DNA of 64,000 nt from an uncultured Actinomycetes bacterium (GTDB taxonomy: Bacteria > Actinomycetota > UBA4738 > HRBIN12), in NCBI GenBank assembly GCA_963835415.1, contig CAWIFZ010000015.1:67582-131581 (forward strand), read 5' to 3'. Positions 30,660-39,268 of the stretch are shown here, piece by piece; position 1 is the first letter of the stretch; the number at the start of each line of letters is the position of its first letter. Both the position numbers and the translations under genes were made by a program. The notes under the pieces are model-generated. The model had not been told where the DNA came from, did not search any database, and saw nothing but the letters and a program-made list of their open reading frames with translations.

Positions 30660-31976
30660 ATGCAGATGGCCGTCTCGCTCGGCTTCCACATCGTGTTCGC
30701 GGCGCTCGGCATCGGCCTGCCGCTGCTGCTGGTGTTCACCGAGTTCCTGGCGATCCGCCGCGACGACGCCGTCTGGATGGCGCTCACGCGCCGATGGTCG
30801 AAGGCGCTCGGGATCCTGGTCGCGATCGGCGCGGTCTCGGGAACGGTCCTGTCCTTCGCGCTCGGGCTGTTCTGGCCCGGGCTGATGGGGCGATGGGGCG
30901 CGGTGATCGGGCTGCCGTTCGCACTCGAGGCGTTCGCGTTCTTCATCGAGGCGATCTTCATCGGGATCTACCTCTACGGATGGGACCGGCTCACGCCGTG
31001 GGCGCACTGGTTCACCGGCTGGCCGGTCGTGCTCGGGGGAGCGGCGAGCGCATGGTTCGTGGTGACCGCCAACTCGTGGATGCAATCACCGGTCGGGTTC
31101 GAGCTCTCGGCGAACGGCAAGGTGGTCGACGTACAGCCGATCCAGGCGATGCTGAACCCATCGACGCCGGTCATGACCACGCACATGATCCTGGCGGGCT
31201 ACATGGCGACCGGGCTCACGGTCGCGTCGATCTACGCGGTCGGCATGTTGAAGGGGCGGCGCGACCTCTATCACCGGCGCGCGCTCGCGGTGGGGCTCAC
31301 GTTCGGGCTGGTGCTTGCGCCCGTGCAGGTCTTCGTCGGCGATCTGGCCGCCAAGCTCGTGGCCGAGCGACAGCCGATGAAGCTCGCGGCGCTGGAGGGG
31401 CTCTGGGACACCACGGCCGACGCCCCGCTCACGATCGGTGGGATCCCGCTCCCCGGCCGTGAGGAGACGATCCTGGGCATCCGGATCCCGGGCGCGCTGT
31501 CGTGGCTGGCGTTCGGCCACTCGGACGCGGTCGTGAAGGGATTGAAGGAGGTGCCGCCGCAGGATCGGCCGAACACGATCCTGGTGCACCTGGCGTTCCA
31601 GGCGATGGTGGCGATCGGGTTCGCGTTCCTCGGGCTCGGTCTGTGGTCGCTGATCGGGTGGTGGCGACGCGGCCGTCGGGCGTTGCCCGACGGCCGCTGG
31701 TTCCTGCGCGCCGCAGCCGTCGCGGGCCCCGCCGCGTTCATCGCGCTCGAGGCGGGATGGATCGTCACGGAGGTCGGGCGCCAGCCGTGGATCGTCTACG
31801 GCCAGATGCGCACGGCCGACGCCGTGACGACGCGCGGCGGCATCGTCTGGTGGCTGCTCGCGACCGTGGGCACCTATCTCCTGCTGGGCGCGGCATGCTC
31901 GTGGCTCCTGATCAAGCTGGCAGGCAAGCCTCGGGGCGTGGAGATGACGGAGGATGCGGCCGAGGAGACGAGGTGA
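30660..31976 (+). CDS. cydA: Cytochrome bd ubiquinol oxidase subunit I
   Basis: MQMAVSLGFHIVFAALGIGLP...GWIVTEVGRQPW. The conserved residues LTSLEAAR lie in frame upstream of the ATG with no start codon, so the true start may be GTG 30617 via a frameshift. Confidence 0.85.
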   Translation: MQMAVSLGFHIVFAALGIGLPLLLVFTEFLAIRRDDAVWMALTRRWSKALGILVAIGAVSGTVLSFALGLFWPGLMGRWGAVIGLPFALEAFAFFIEAIFIGIYLYGWDRLTPWAHWFTGWPVVLGGAASAWFVVTANSWMQSPVGFELSANGKVVDVQPIQAMLNPSTPVMTTHMILAGYMATGLTVASIYAVGMLKGRRDLYHRRALAVGLTFGLVLAPVQVFVGDLAAKLVAERQPMKLAALEGLWDTTADAPLTIGGIPLPGREETILGIRIPGALSWLAFGHSDAVVKGLKEVPPQDRPNTILVHLAFQAMVAIGFAFLGLGLWSLIGWWRRGRRALPDGRWFLRAAAVAGPAAFIALEAGWIVTEVGRQPWIVYGQMRTADAVTTRGGIVWWLLATVGTYLLLGAACSWLLIKLAGKPRGVEMTEDAAEETR

Positions 31977-33031
31977 GCGCCACCGCGTTGGAGGTCACGG
32001 TGCTGCTCGCGATCGGGGTCGGCCTGACGCTGTACGTGTTGCTCGGCGGCGCGGACTTCGGCGGGGGCGTGTGGGACCTACTGGCGCGCGGGCCAGAGCG
32101 GGACCGCGAACGTTCGCTGATCTCCTCGGCGATCGGGCCCGTGTGGGAGGCGAACCACGTCTGGTTGATCTTCGTGGTCACGATCCTGTTCGCGGCGTTC
32201 CCGATCGCGTTCGCCGCGCTCAGCGTGGCGCTCTACGTGCCGTTCGGCATCGCGATCGCGGGCATCGTGATGCGCGGCGCCGCGTTCGCGTTCCGCACGT
32301 ACGGCGAACCGGACACCGGGTGGCAACGGGTATGGACGCGGGTGTTCGGCATCGCGTCGCTCGTCACGCCGTTCGTGCTCGGGATGTGCGCGGCCGCGAT
32401 CGCGTCCGGCCGGATCCGGATCAGCGACGGGATCGTGCACGCCGACCTCGTGGGCGTGTGGACCGGTCCACTGTCGTGGGTTGCCGGCTTCCTGTCGCTC
32501 GCGATGTGCGCCTACCTGGCCGCCGTGTACCTGACCGTGGAGGCCGTCCAGCACGGCGCCCCGGAGCTCGAGCGGCGATTCAGGCGGCGGGCGTTGGGCG
32601 CCGGCCTGACGGCCGGCGCCCTCGCAGCCATCGGTCTGCTCGTCATCCGCGCCGACGCTGCCGTCCTGTGGAACGGCATGCTCGAGGACGGCTGGCCGTT
32701 CGTCGTCTCGTCGGCGATCGCCGGAGCGGTCGCATTGGGCGCGACCTACCGGGGGAAGGAGCGCGTCGCGCGCGCCGCCGCGGCGGTCGCGGTGGCGTCC
32801 GTGATCGCGGGGTGGGGTGTGGCGCAATGGCCGTACCTGATCGTGCCGGACCTCACCGCGGCCGAGGCGGCGGCGCCGAAGTCGTCGCTCGGACCGATCG
32901 TGATCGGGCTGGTCGTGGGGGCGGCGCTCGTCGCGCCCTCCCTGTTCCTGCTGTTCCGCGTGTTCAAGGCGTCGCAGGGCCCGGGCACCGCACCGGGTCA
33001 GGCGTCGAGCGGGTCCTCGACGTCTAGCTAG
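31973..33031 (+). CDS. cydB: Cytochrome bd ubiquinol oxidase subunit II
   Basis: GTGA overlap with the cydA stop. LLGGADFGGGVWDLL and SAIGPVWEANHVWLI motifs. Confidence 0.9.
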   Translation: MSATALEVTVLLAIGVGLTLYVLLGGADFGGGVWDLLARGPERDRERSLISSAIGPVWEANHVWLIFVVTILFAAFPIAFAALSVALYVPFGIAIAGIVMRGAAFAFRTYGEPDTGWQRVWTRVFGIASLVTPFVLGMCAAAIASGRIRISDGIVHADLVGVWTGPLSWVAGFLSLAMCAYLAAVYLTVEAVQHGAPELERRFRRRALGAGLTAGALAAIGLLVIRADAAVLWNGMLEDGWPFVVSSAIAGAVALGATYRGKERVARAAAAVAVASVIAGWGVAQWPYLIVPDLTAAEAAAPKSSLGPIVIGLVVGAALVAPSLFLLFRVFKASQGPGTAPGQASSGSSTSS

Positions 33032-33042
33032 TCCGTGACAGA

Positions 33043-34219
33043 CTAGTGTGTGTGGCCCGCGTGGTCATGGCCCGCATGGCCGCCGTGACCCGCGCCGGCG
33101 GCCGCCGGGACGTTCGTCATCAACGTGAGCGGCTTGCCGACCTTGGACTTGGTCGCGCGTGCCACCGCGTGGGCCGACTCGCGCAGCGCCACCGACGCCG
33201 GTGCGTCGGGGTCCGTCACGACGATCGGCGACCCGCTGTCGCCGCCGGCGCGGAGCGCCGGGAGCAGCGGGACCTGCGCCATCAGCGGAACGCCGAGCGT
33301 GTCGGCCGCCTCCTGCCCGCCTCCGGTCCCGAAGATGTCGTCGCGCTCCCCGCAATGGGGGCAGAGGTAGTAGCTCATGTTCTCGATCACACCGATCGGA
33401 CGCAGGTTCGTCCGTTCCGCCATCTTCCCGGCGCGCTCCGCGACCTTGCGCGCAGCCTCCTGCGGGGTGGTCACGACCAGCATCGAGGCTCCCGGGATGA
33501 ACGACGCCAGCGAGATCGACACGTCGCCTGTGCCAGGGGGCAGGTCACAGAGCAGGAAATCGAGGTCTCCCCAGTAGACGTCGCCCAGGAACTGCTCGAT
33601 CGCCTTGTGCAGCATGGGGCCGCGCCAGATCACCGGCGTCTCCTCCGGCACGAAGAACCCCATCGAGATCACCTTCACGCCGTGACCCTCGAGCGGCAGG
33701 ATCATGTCGTTGAACCCGACCGGCTTGCCCTGCACGCCGAGCATGCGCGGGATGCTGAACCCCCACACGTCCGCGTCCAGCACGCCGACGCGGTGTCCCT
33801 CTGCGGCGAGCGCGCACGCCAGGTTCACCGTGACGCTCGACTTGCCCACGCCGCCCTTGCCGGACGCGATCGCGACGATCGCCGTCGAGGCGGGGAACGA
33901 GATCTTCGACTGCGCCTGCGGTGCGGCCGCGCCACCGCCCCGGAGCTGCTGGACGAGCGTCTCGCGCTGCTCCGGGCGACATGGGGGACAGGTCGACCGC
34001 CACCCGCTCGACGCCCTCGAGCGGCTTCACCGCCGCGGTCACGTCGTTCGTGATGCGGTCCTTCAACGGGCAGCCCTCGATCGTGATCAGGACGTCGACC
34101 CGGACCGTGTCGCCCTCGATCGAGATGCCTCGCAGCATGCCGATGTCCTCGATCGGCCTGCCGATCTCAGGATCCAGCACGCTACGGAGTGCCTCACGGA
34201 CCTGGGTTTCGGTGACCAT
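33043..34219 (-). pseudogene. apbC: Mrp/ApbC/NBP35 Fe-S cluster carrier ATPase with N-terminal DUF59 domain, frameshifted
   Basis: The DUF59 part MVTETQVREALRSVLDPEIGRPIEDIGM is in the first frame. EQRETLVQQL...ASGKGGVGKSS...CPHCG and the His-rich tail HGGHAGHDHAGHTH are in the next. Junction near 33973 (ATGTCGCCC-G-GAGCAG). RBS GAAAGGA. Confidence 0.9.
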
Positions 34220-34248
34220 CGCGTCCTTTCGGGGTCTACTCTGGTTGA

Positions 34249-34264
34249 CACGGTGTGAACCGTG
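34249..34264. promoter_or_regulatory. Inverted repeat CACGGTgtgaACCGTG overlapping a TTGACA hexamer (candidate operator)
   Basis: 6-4-6 inverted repeat at 34249-34264, with TTGACA at 34245-34250. Centred between the divergent mrp (34219) and ArsR-type (34294) starts. Confidence 0.35.
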
Positions 34265-34293
34265 GAAATCCATCATACGGCGAGGTTGGACAC

Positions 34294-34971
34294 ATGCCCG
34301 AACCGGCACCGATCGAGGTCTACAAGGCGCTCGCCGACGATACGCGCTATCGGCTCTACCGCTACCTGCGTCTGTCGGGTCGGCCCGTATCGATCCGCGA
34401 GCTCTCGACGCGCCTGTCGTTGCATCCGAACACGCTCCGCCCGCATCTCCGCCGCCTGGAGGAGGCAGGCCTGGCCGCGAGCGAGGTCCACCGGGTCGCG
34501 ACCGTCGGCCGTCCCCAGGTGATGTACACGGCGGTCGCCCGTGAGGAACGGGAGGGACGCGATTACCGATTGCTGGGCGAGATCCTTGCCGGGCTGATCG
34601 GCGGCAAGCGCCAGCTCGACCGGGCCGAGGCGGTCGCCCGCGAGTGGGGGGCGTACCTGGTGGGGCGAAGCGTCCCTCGCCCGGGAGCGCGCGGTCCGTC
34701 CGGCCCCAACCTCGCGGTGCTCCAGGAGGCGCTCGCCGAGGCGGGCTTCGACCCCCGGTTCCGGCGGCGGAGCGCCAAGACCGTGGAGATCTCCCTGCGT
34801 GACTGCCCGTTCCGCGACCTGCTTGACGAGCACCGGGAACTGGTCTGCGCCGTCCACCGGGGGCTGCTGGAGGGCATGCTGGGCGCCTCGCGGCCCTCGC
34901 TCCGCCTCACGGAGTTCGAACCGCTGGCCGAACGCACCAGCGTCTGCCGCCTGGTCGCGCGCGGGGCCTGA
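34294..34971 (+). CDS. ArsR/SmtB-type winged-helix transcriptional regulator with Cys/His-containing C-terminal domain
   Basis: YKALADDTRYRLYRYL...VSIRELSTRLSLHPNTLRPHLRRLEEAGL HTH. C-terminal CPFRDLLDEHRELVCAVHRG. Confidence 0.75.
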   Translation: MPEPAPIEVYKALADDTRYRLYRYLRLSGRPVSIRELSTRLSLHPNTLRPHLRRLEEAGLAASEVHRVATVGRPQVMYTAVAREEREGRDYRLLGEILAGLIGGKRQLDRAEAVAREWGAYLVGRSVPRPGARGPSGPNLAVLQEALAEAGFDPRFRRRSAKTVEISLRDCPFRDLLDEHRELVCAVHRGLLEGMLGASRPSLRLTEFEPLAERTSVCRLVARGA

Positions 34972-35105
34972 TCCGGTCCCTTCGATCGTCCCCGCGTACC
35001 CCAGGTTGCCTCCAAGGAAAATTGGAACTGAAGTCGAGGCGTTCCCTTGACGATGAGTAGAGGGCGGGCCGGAGCGGCGGCCGCCATTCGCATGAGAGAG
35101 GCTTG

Positions 35106-36236
35106 ATGGACGACGTGACCGAACCGATCATGGAAGAGTTCAACGGCTGGTTGGCGGGCCTGTTCAAGAGCGAAGGCTCGGACCTGCACGTCAAGGTCGG
35201 ATCGCCGCCGATGTACCGGATGCCGGACGGGCTGCTTCGGCTCGACCGAGCGCCGCTGACGTTCGAGGAGACGAACGCGATCGCCGACGCCATCGTGCCC
35301 GCCGCCCGCCGCGACAGGTTGGAGGAGCACGGCGAGACGGACTTCGCCTATTCGGTGAAGGACGTCGGGCGGTTCCGCACCAACGTGTTCCACCAGCGTG
35401 GCTCGACGAGCATGGTCCTGCGGCGCCTGAGCTTCGGCGGACCGACGTTCGAGGAGGTCGGGCTCCCGGACGCCGTCCGACAGATCGCGGAGGAGCACCG
35501 GGGGCTCGTGCTCGTCACCGGACCGACCGGGTCGGGGAAGACCACCACGCTCTCCGCCATGATCGAGCACATCAACGAGACGAAGGCCGTCCACATCGTG
35601 ACCGTCGAGGACCCGGTGGAGGTCCTCTACGCGGACAAGGTCGCGTCGATCAACCAGCGCGAGGTGGGGACCGACACCGACGACTTCCTGGCAGCCCTCA
35701 GAGCCGCGCTTCGGCAGGACCCCGACGTGATCCTGATCGGCGAGATGCGCGACACCGAGACGGTTCGAGCCGCGATCCAGGCCGCCGAAACGGGTCACCT
35801 GGTCATGTCGACGCTGCACACGGTGGATGCGACCGAGACCGTCAACCGTGTGATCGACTTCTTCCCGCCCCACCAGCAGAAGCAGGTGCGGCTGGCGCTC
35901 GCCGGCACGCTCCGCGGCATCATCTGCCAGCGGCTCGTGCCGACGATCGACGGCGGCCGGATCCCCGCGCTCGAGATCATGGTGAACACCGGCAGGATCG
36001 CCGAGCGGATCGCCGATCCGGACCTGACCGCCGAGATCCACGACGTCATCGCCGACGGGTCCTACTACGGGATGATCACGTTCGATCAGTACCTGTTGAA
36101 CCTGGTGCGCGACGGCAAGGTGACGATCGAGTCCGCCATGAAGAACGTCTCGTCCCAGCACGACTTCATGCTGGCGTTGCAGCAGGCGGGCATGACCGTG
36201 CCGGTCGACGCGATGAGCCCCGCGCACTCGGGTTAG
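35106..36236 (+). CDS. pilT: PilT-family (type IV pilus retraction-type) hexameric ATPase
   Basis: Walker A GPTGSGKTTT, Asp box, Walker B VILIGEMRD, His box GHLVMSTLHT. ATG 35106 (TTG 35103 is also possible). Confidence 0.9.
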   Translation: MDDVTEPIMEEFNGWLAGLFKSEGSDLHVKVGSPPMYRMPDGLLRLDRAPLTFEETNAIADAIVPAARRDRLEEHGETDFAYSVKDVGRFRTNVFHQRGSTSMVLRRLSFGGPTFEEVGLPDAVRQIAEEHRGLVLVTGPTGSGKTTTLSAMIEHINETKAVHIVTVEDPVEVLYADKVASINQREVGTDTDDFLAALRAALRQDPDVILIGEMRDTETVRAAIQAAETGHLVMSTLHTVDATETVNRVIDFFPPHQQKQVRLALAGTLRGIICQRLVPTIDGGRIPALEIMVNTGRIAERIADPDLTAEIHDVIADGSYYGMITFDQYLLNLVRDGKVTIESAMKNVSSQHDFMLALQQAGMTVPVDAMSPAHSG

Positions 36237-36814
36237 CCGGCGACGGGCGTCTTCCGCCGGTTCCGCATCGCGACGACGAACGCTCCGGCGAGCGCGCCCA
36301 ACACCAGCGCCGTCCCGACCACCCAGATCCCCGTGGAGTCGTCGCTGCTGCTCTGGACGAGCGCGGACGATGCGACCTCGGCGGAACCCGGATCCCCTCC
36401 GGACGTCCCAGGTACGACGGCGCTCAGGTCCGACCCCACCCCGTCGCCGACGACGATCGCCCCCACCATGCCGGGATGGAGCCAACACGCGTACGGATAC
36501 ACGCCGTCCGCATCGAACCGATAGCTCACGTCGTCTCCGGTGAGGAGCGAGAGCCCCGGATCGCCCCACGTGTCGCCGACCCCGACGACGTCGTGCGTCA
36601 TCGAGTCCAGGTTCGTCCACGTGACCTCCGTGCCCGGCTCGACGTAGAGCACCGTCGCGTCGAAGCACAGGTCCGAGATCTCGACCGAGTCGCCGTGGCG
36701 TGCGGTCGGAGCGGAATGGCACCCTCCGCCGGCGACGGCGATCCCACTGCCTCCCCAGAGCGCGGCGCTCGCGACGGCCGCCATGAAGCCGATCTTGATG
36801 GCGCGGATCCTCAT
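36233..36814 (-). CDS. Cupredoxin-domain protein with signal peptide and C-terminal TM anchor
   Basis: His in SMTHDV plus C-x2-H-x2-M in YACWLHPGM. C-terminal helix IWVVGTALVLGALAGAFVVAM. RBS GAGGAG. Confidence 0.75.
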   Translation of the reverse strand: MRIRAIKIGFMAAVASAALWGGSGIAVAGGGCHSAPTARHGDSVEISDLCFDATVLYVEPGTEVTWTNLDSMTHDVVGVGDTWGDPGLSLLTGDDVSYRFDADGVYPYACWLHPGMVGAIVVGDGVGSDLSAVVPGTSGGDPGSAEVASSALVQSSSDDSTGIWVVGTALVLGALAGAFVVAMRNRRKTPVAG

Positions 36815-36894
36815 CTGGCTCTCCTCTCACCGGAACGGATGCACATGACCGTCCTACACGCCCGGCAACGTGGTGGTTCCCGGTCGCCGCGGGG

Positions 36895-37681
36895 TCAGAT
36901 GGAGATGCTCTCGGCGATCCGGACGGCCGCCGCTCGGCCGACGGAGGTCTCGAGCCGAAGCACGGTCCCGTCGGACTCCCAGATGAGGATGTTCCCCGTG
37001 ACGAGGTACCGCGAGTACGTGCCGTCGTGCGTCACCAGGTCGAGCTCGTGCGGGCCGCTGACCCAGATCGCGTCGGTTCCGCCGACCTTCGCGTCCTCGA
37101 ACGTGTTGCCGTCCAGGAACACGGACTTGGCCGCGAGCTCCATCTCTCCGTGGAACCCGTAGAGGACGGCTCCCCACGGCAGTCCGTCGATCGGGGGCAG
37201 CGCGCTGCTCGCGGTCCACGCCAGCACGATCCGGGATCCGTCGTCGGTCGCGTCGACCCACACCGCGTCCGGGTCGCCGAGGGCAGCGGGCACCTGGGCG
37301 GGGAACCCGGCCTCTCGCTCCGCTTCCTCGAGCGTGGCCCGATGCCCGAGCGTCGGCCCGCTCGCGACGGCCGTGGGCAACGCCGTGGGCCGCCCCGGGA
37401 TCGTGTCGATCGTGAGCGCACCCAGGTCGATCACGACCTTCGCCGCCACCGCCGCGGCGGCAAGGAGGACCACGCCCGCCACGAGCAGCAGCACGGTCCG
37501 CCGGCGGCGAGGCAAGCGACAGCCGCGGCCGGGCGAGCGACGGATGCTGCTGGAGATCGACGAGCGTGGCGGACACGCGAGCCGTCAGGTCCGGGGCCGG
37601 CGGCCAGTCCAGGTCGCGCCCGGCCGTGGCCAGCGCGCGTCCCAGCCCGTCGTCGTCGAGCGCCCGCAGCCGTTCGGTCAC
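36895..37681 (-). pseudogene. Membrane anti-sigma factor candidate (single TM, DUF4367-like ectodomain), frameshifted
   Basis: GTGA overlap with the sigma gene stop. The cytoplasmic 55 aa are in the first frame. RRRRTVLLLVAGVVLLAAAAVAA, the ectodomain and the ending RIAESISI are in the next. Junction near 37516. Confidence 0.6.
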
Positions 37682-38265
37682 CGGGTCACCTCCCCGGACG
37701 TCTCGAGCTCCGCGCGCAGACGCCCCAGCGCTCGCGACAGCCGCGACTTCACCGTGCCCGGCCTCACGCCGAGGGCGTCGGCCATCTCTGCCTCCGACAG
37801 CTCGAACAGGTATCGGTAGGCGATCACCAGGCGATCGGGCTCGCGCAGCTTCTCCAAGGCACGCGTGAGCGCCATCGCCTCATCGCGATCGAGCGCCGCG
37901 GTCTCGGGGGACGGGGCCGCGCCCCCCGGATCGACCGCGGCCGCTCGCAGGACGAGCCGTTCCTGCCGGCGGGTGGATCGGACGCGGTTCCGTGCCTCGT
38001 TCGCCACGATCCGCAGGAGCCACGGACGGAACGGCGCGCCCGGACGGAACCTGGGCAGCGCGTAGTACGCCTTCACGAAGGCCTCCTGCACGGCGTCTTC
38101 CGCCTCTCCCGCCTGACGGGCGACGAGCCACGCGACGCGATACGCGATGCCCTGGTAGCGCGACACGAGCTCCTCGTACGCGTGGACGTCACCGTCCCTG
38201 GCGAGGTCGACGAGCTCCGCGTCCTCCAGTGGTCGGCCCTCCACGGAACGCTCGCTCGGTCCCAC
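37678..38265 (-). CDS. ECF-type RNA polymerase sigma-70 factor
   Basis: Region 2 (AEDAVQEAFVKAY, FRPWLLRIVANE) and region 4 (LSEAEMADALGVRPGTVKSRLSRA). Confidence 0.9.
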   Translation of the reverse strand: MGPSERSVEGRPLEDAELVDLARDGDVHAYEELVSRYQGIAYRVAWLVARQAGEAEDAVQEAFVKAYYALPRFRPGAPFRPWLLRIVANEARNRVRSTRRQERLVLRAAAVDPGGAAPSPETAALDRDEAMALTRALEKLREPDRLVIAYRYLFELSEAEMADALGVRPGTVKSRLSRALGRLRAELETSGEVTR

Positions 38266-38283
38266 CTACGCCCCCACTACACG

Positions 38284-38316
38284 TCGAACGGCGCCGGGGT
38301 TCCCGGCGCCGTTCGA
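38284..38316 (-). terminator. Perfect 15-bp stem / 3-nt loop hairpin downstream of the stomatin gene (no U-tract)
   Basis: TCGAACGGCGCCGGG-GTT-CCCGGCGCCGTTCGA read directly. Lies 23 nt beyond the stomatin stop and 19 nt before the sigma start. Confidence 0.6.
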
Positions 38317-38338
38317 ACGACGATCGCGGCGGTCCGGC

Positions 38339-39268
38339 TCAGCCGTCGGCAGGCTTCGCCTTCCCGTTGCTGCCCGCCGCCTGCTCGGCGAGGGCGACGA
38401 CGCCGGCCGCGAGACCGGCGAGCTCCATGGGCACGACGATCTTGGACGAGGACGACGAGCCGATCGCCTTCAACGTCTCCAGGTACTGCAGGCTCATCGT
38501 GTTCGTCGCGACGACGTTCGCCACCTCGTTGATCTTGTCGAGCGCGAGCGAGAAGCCCTCCGCACGCAGGATCGCCGACTGCCGGTCGCCTTCGGCGTTC
38601 AGGATGGCCGCCTGCTTCTGGCCCTCGGCGTTCAGGACGGCCGCGGCCTTGTTGCCCTCGGCGACCGTGACCGCCGCCTGCTTGGCGCCCTCGGCCTCGG
38701 TGACGACCGCGCGCCGCGTGCGCTCGGCCGACATCTGCCGGGTCATGGCCTCCTGGACGGCCGGTGGCGGGATGATCTCGCGGATCTCGACGTTCGTGAC
38801 CTTCACGCCCCAGCGCTCGGTGACCTCGTCCAGCTTCGTGCGGAGGATCTCGTTCATCTGCTCGCGCTTGGCGAGCACGTCGTCGAGCGACATGTCGCCG
38901 ACAACGGAGCGGAGCGTGGTCGCCGCGATGTTCTGGGCAGCGCCCGCGAAGTTCCCGACGGTGAGGACGGACATCTGCGGGTCCATGACCTTGTTGAACA
39001 CGATGAAGTCGATCGAGATCGACGCGTTGTCCTCGGTGATGGCCGACTGGTGGGGGATCTCCAGGTAGAACTCGCGGAGGTCCACCGACACGGCTCGGTC
39101 GACGAGCGGGATCAGGATCACGAGGCCCGGGCCTTTGGTGCCCAGGACCCGCCCGAGCCGGAAGACGACCAGCCGCTCGTACTCCCGCACGACCTTGATG
39201 GCGGACGCGAGGAACCAGATGACCAGGATCAGCACCAGGGCGACCACGATCAGAGGCACGTAGTTCAT
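38339..39268 (-). CDS. SPFH/Band 7 (stomatin-like) membrane protein
   Basis: N-terminal TM helix, then VREYERLVVFRLGR...; Ala/Glu-rich coiled-coil repeats (AEGAKQAAVTVAEGNKAAAVLNAEGQKQAA). Confidence 0.9.
   Translation of the reverse strand: MNYVPLIVVALVLILVIWFLASAIKVVREYERLVVFRLGRVLGTKGPGLVILIPLVDRAVSVDLREFYLEIPHQSAITEDNASISIDFIVFNKVMDPQMSVLTVGNFAGAAQNIAATTLRSVVGDMSLDDVLAKREQMNEILRTKLDEVTERWGVKVTNVEIREIIPPPAVQEAMTRQMSAERTRRAVVTEAEGAKQAAVTVAEGNKAAAVLNAEGQKQAAILNAEGDRQSAILRAEGFSLALDKINEVANVVATNTMSLQYLETLKAIGSSSSSKIVVPMELAGLAAGVVALAEQAAGSNGKAKPADG

Noticed and set aside
33028-33046. CTAGTC-N7-GACTAG stem between cydB and mrp as a bidirectional terminator.
   Set aside because: The stem is only 6 bp, relatively AT-rich, and has no U-tracts. 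Too weak to call.
34972-35105. Possible c-di-GMP riboswitch or promoter upstream of pilT.
   Set aside because: No GEMM-like conserved core was recognised. A TTGACG hexamer is present (35047-35052) but no acceptable -10 lies at 16-19 nt spacing.
34563-36830. 755-aa minus-strand ORF spanning the ArsR, pilT and cupredoxin region.
   Set aside because: It is antisense to pilT, whose motifs are unambiguous. Only its last ~190 codons are near a real gene, and that gene (the cupredoxin) is in a different frame.
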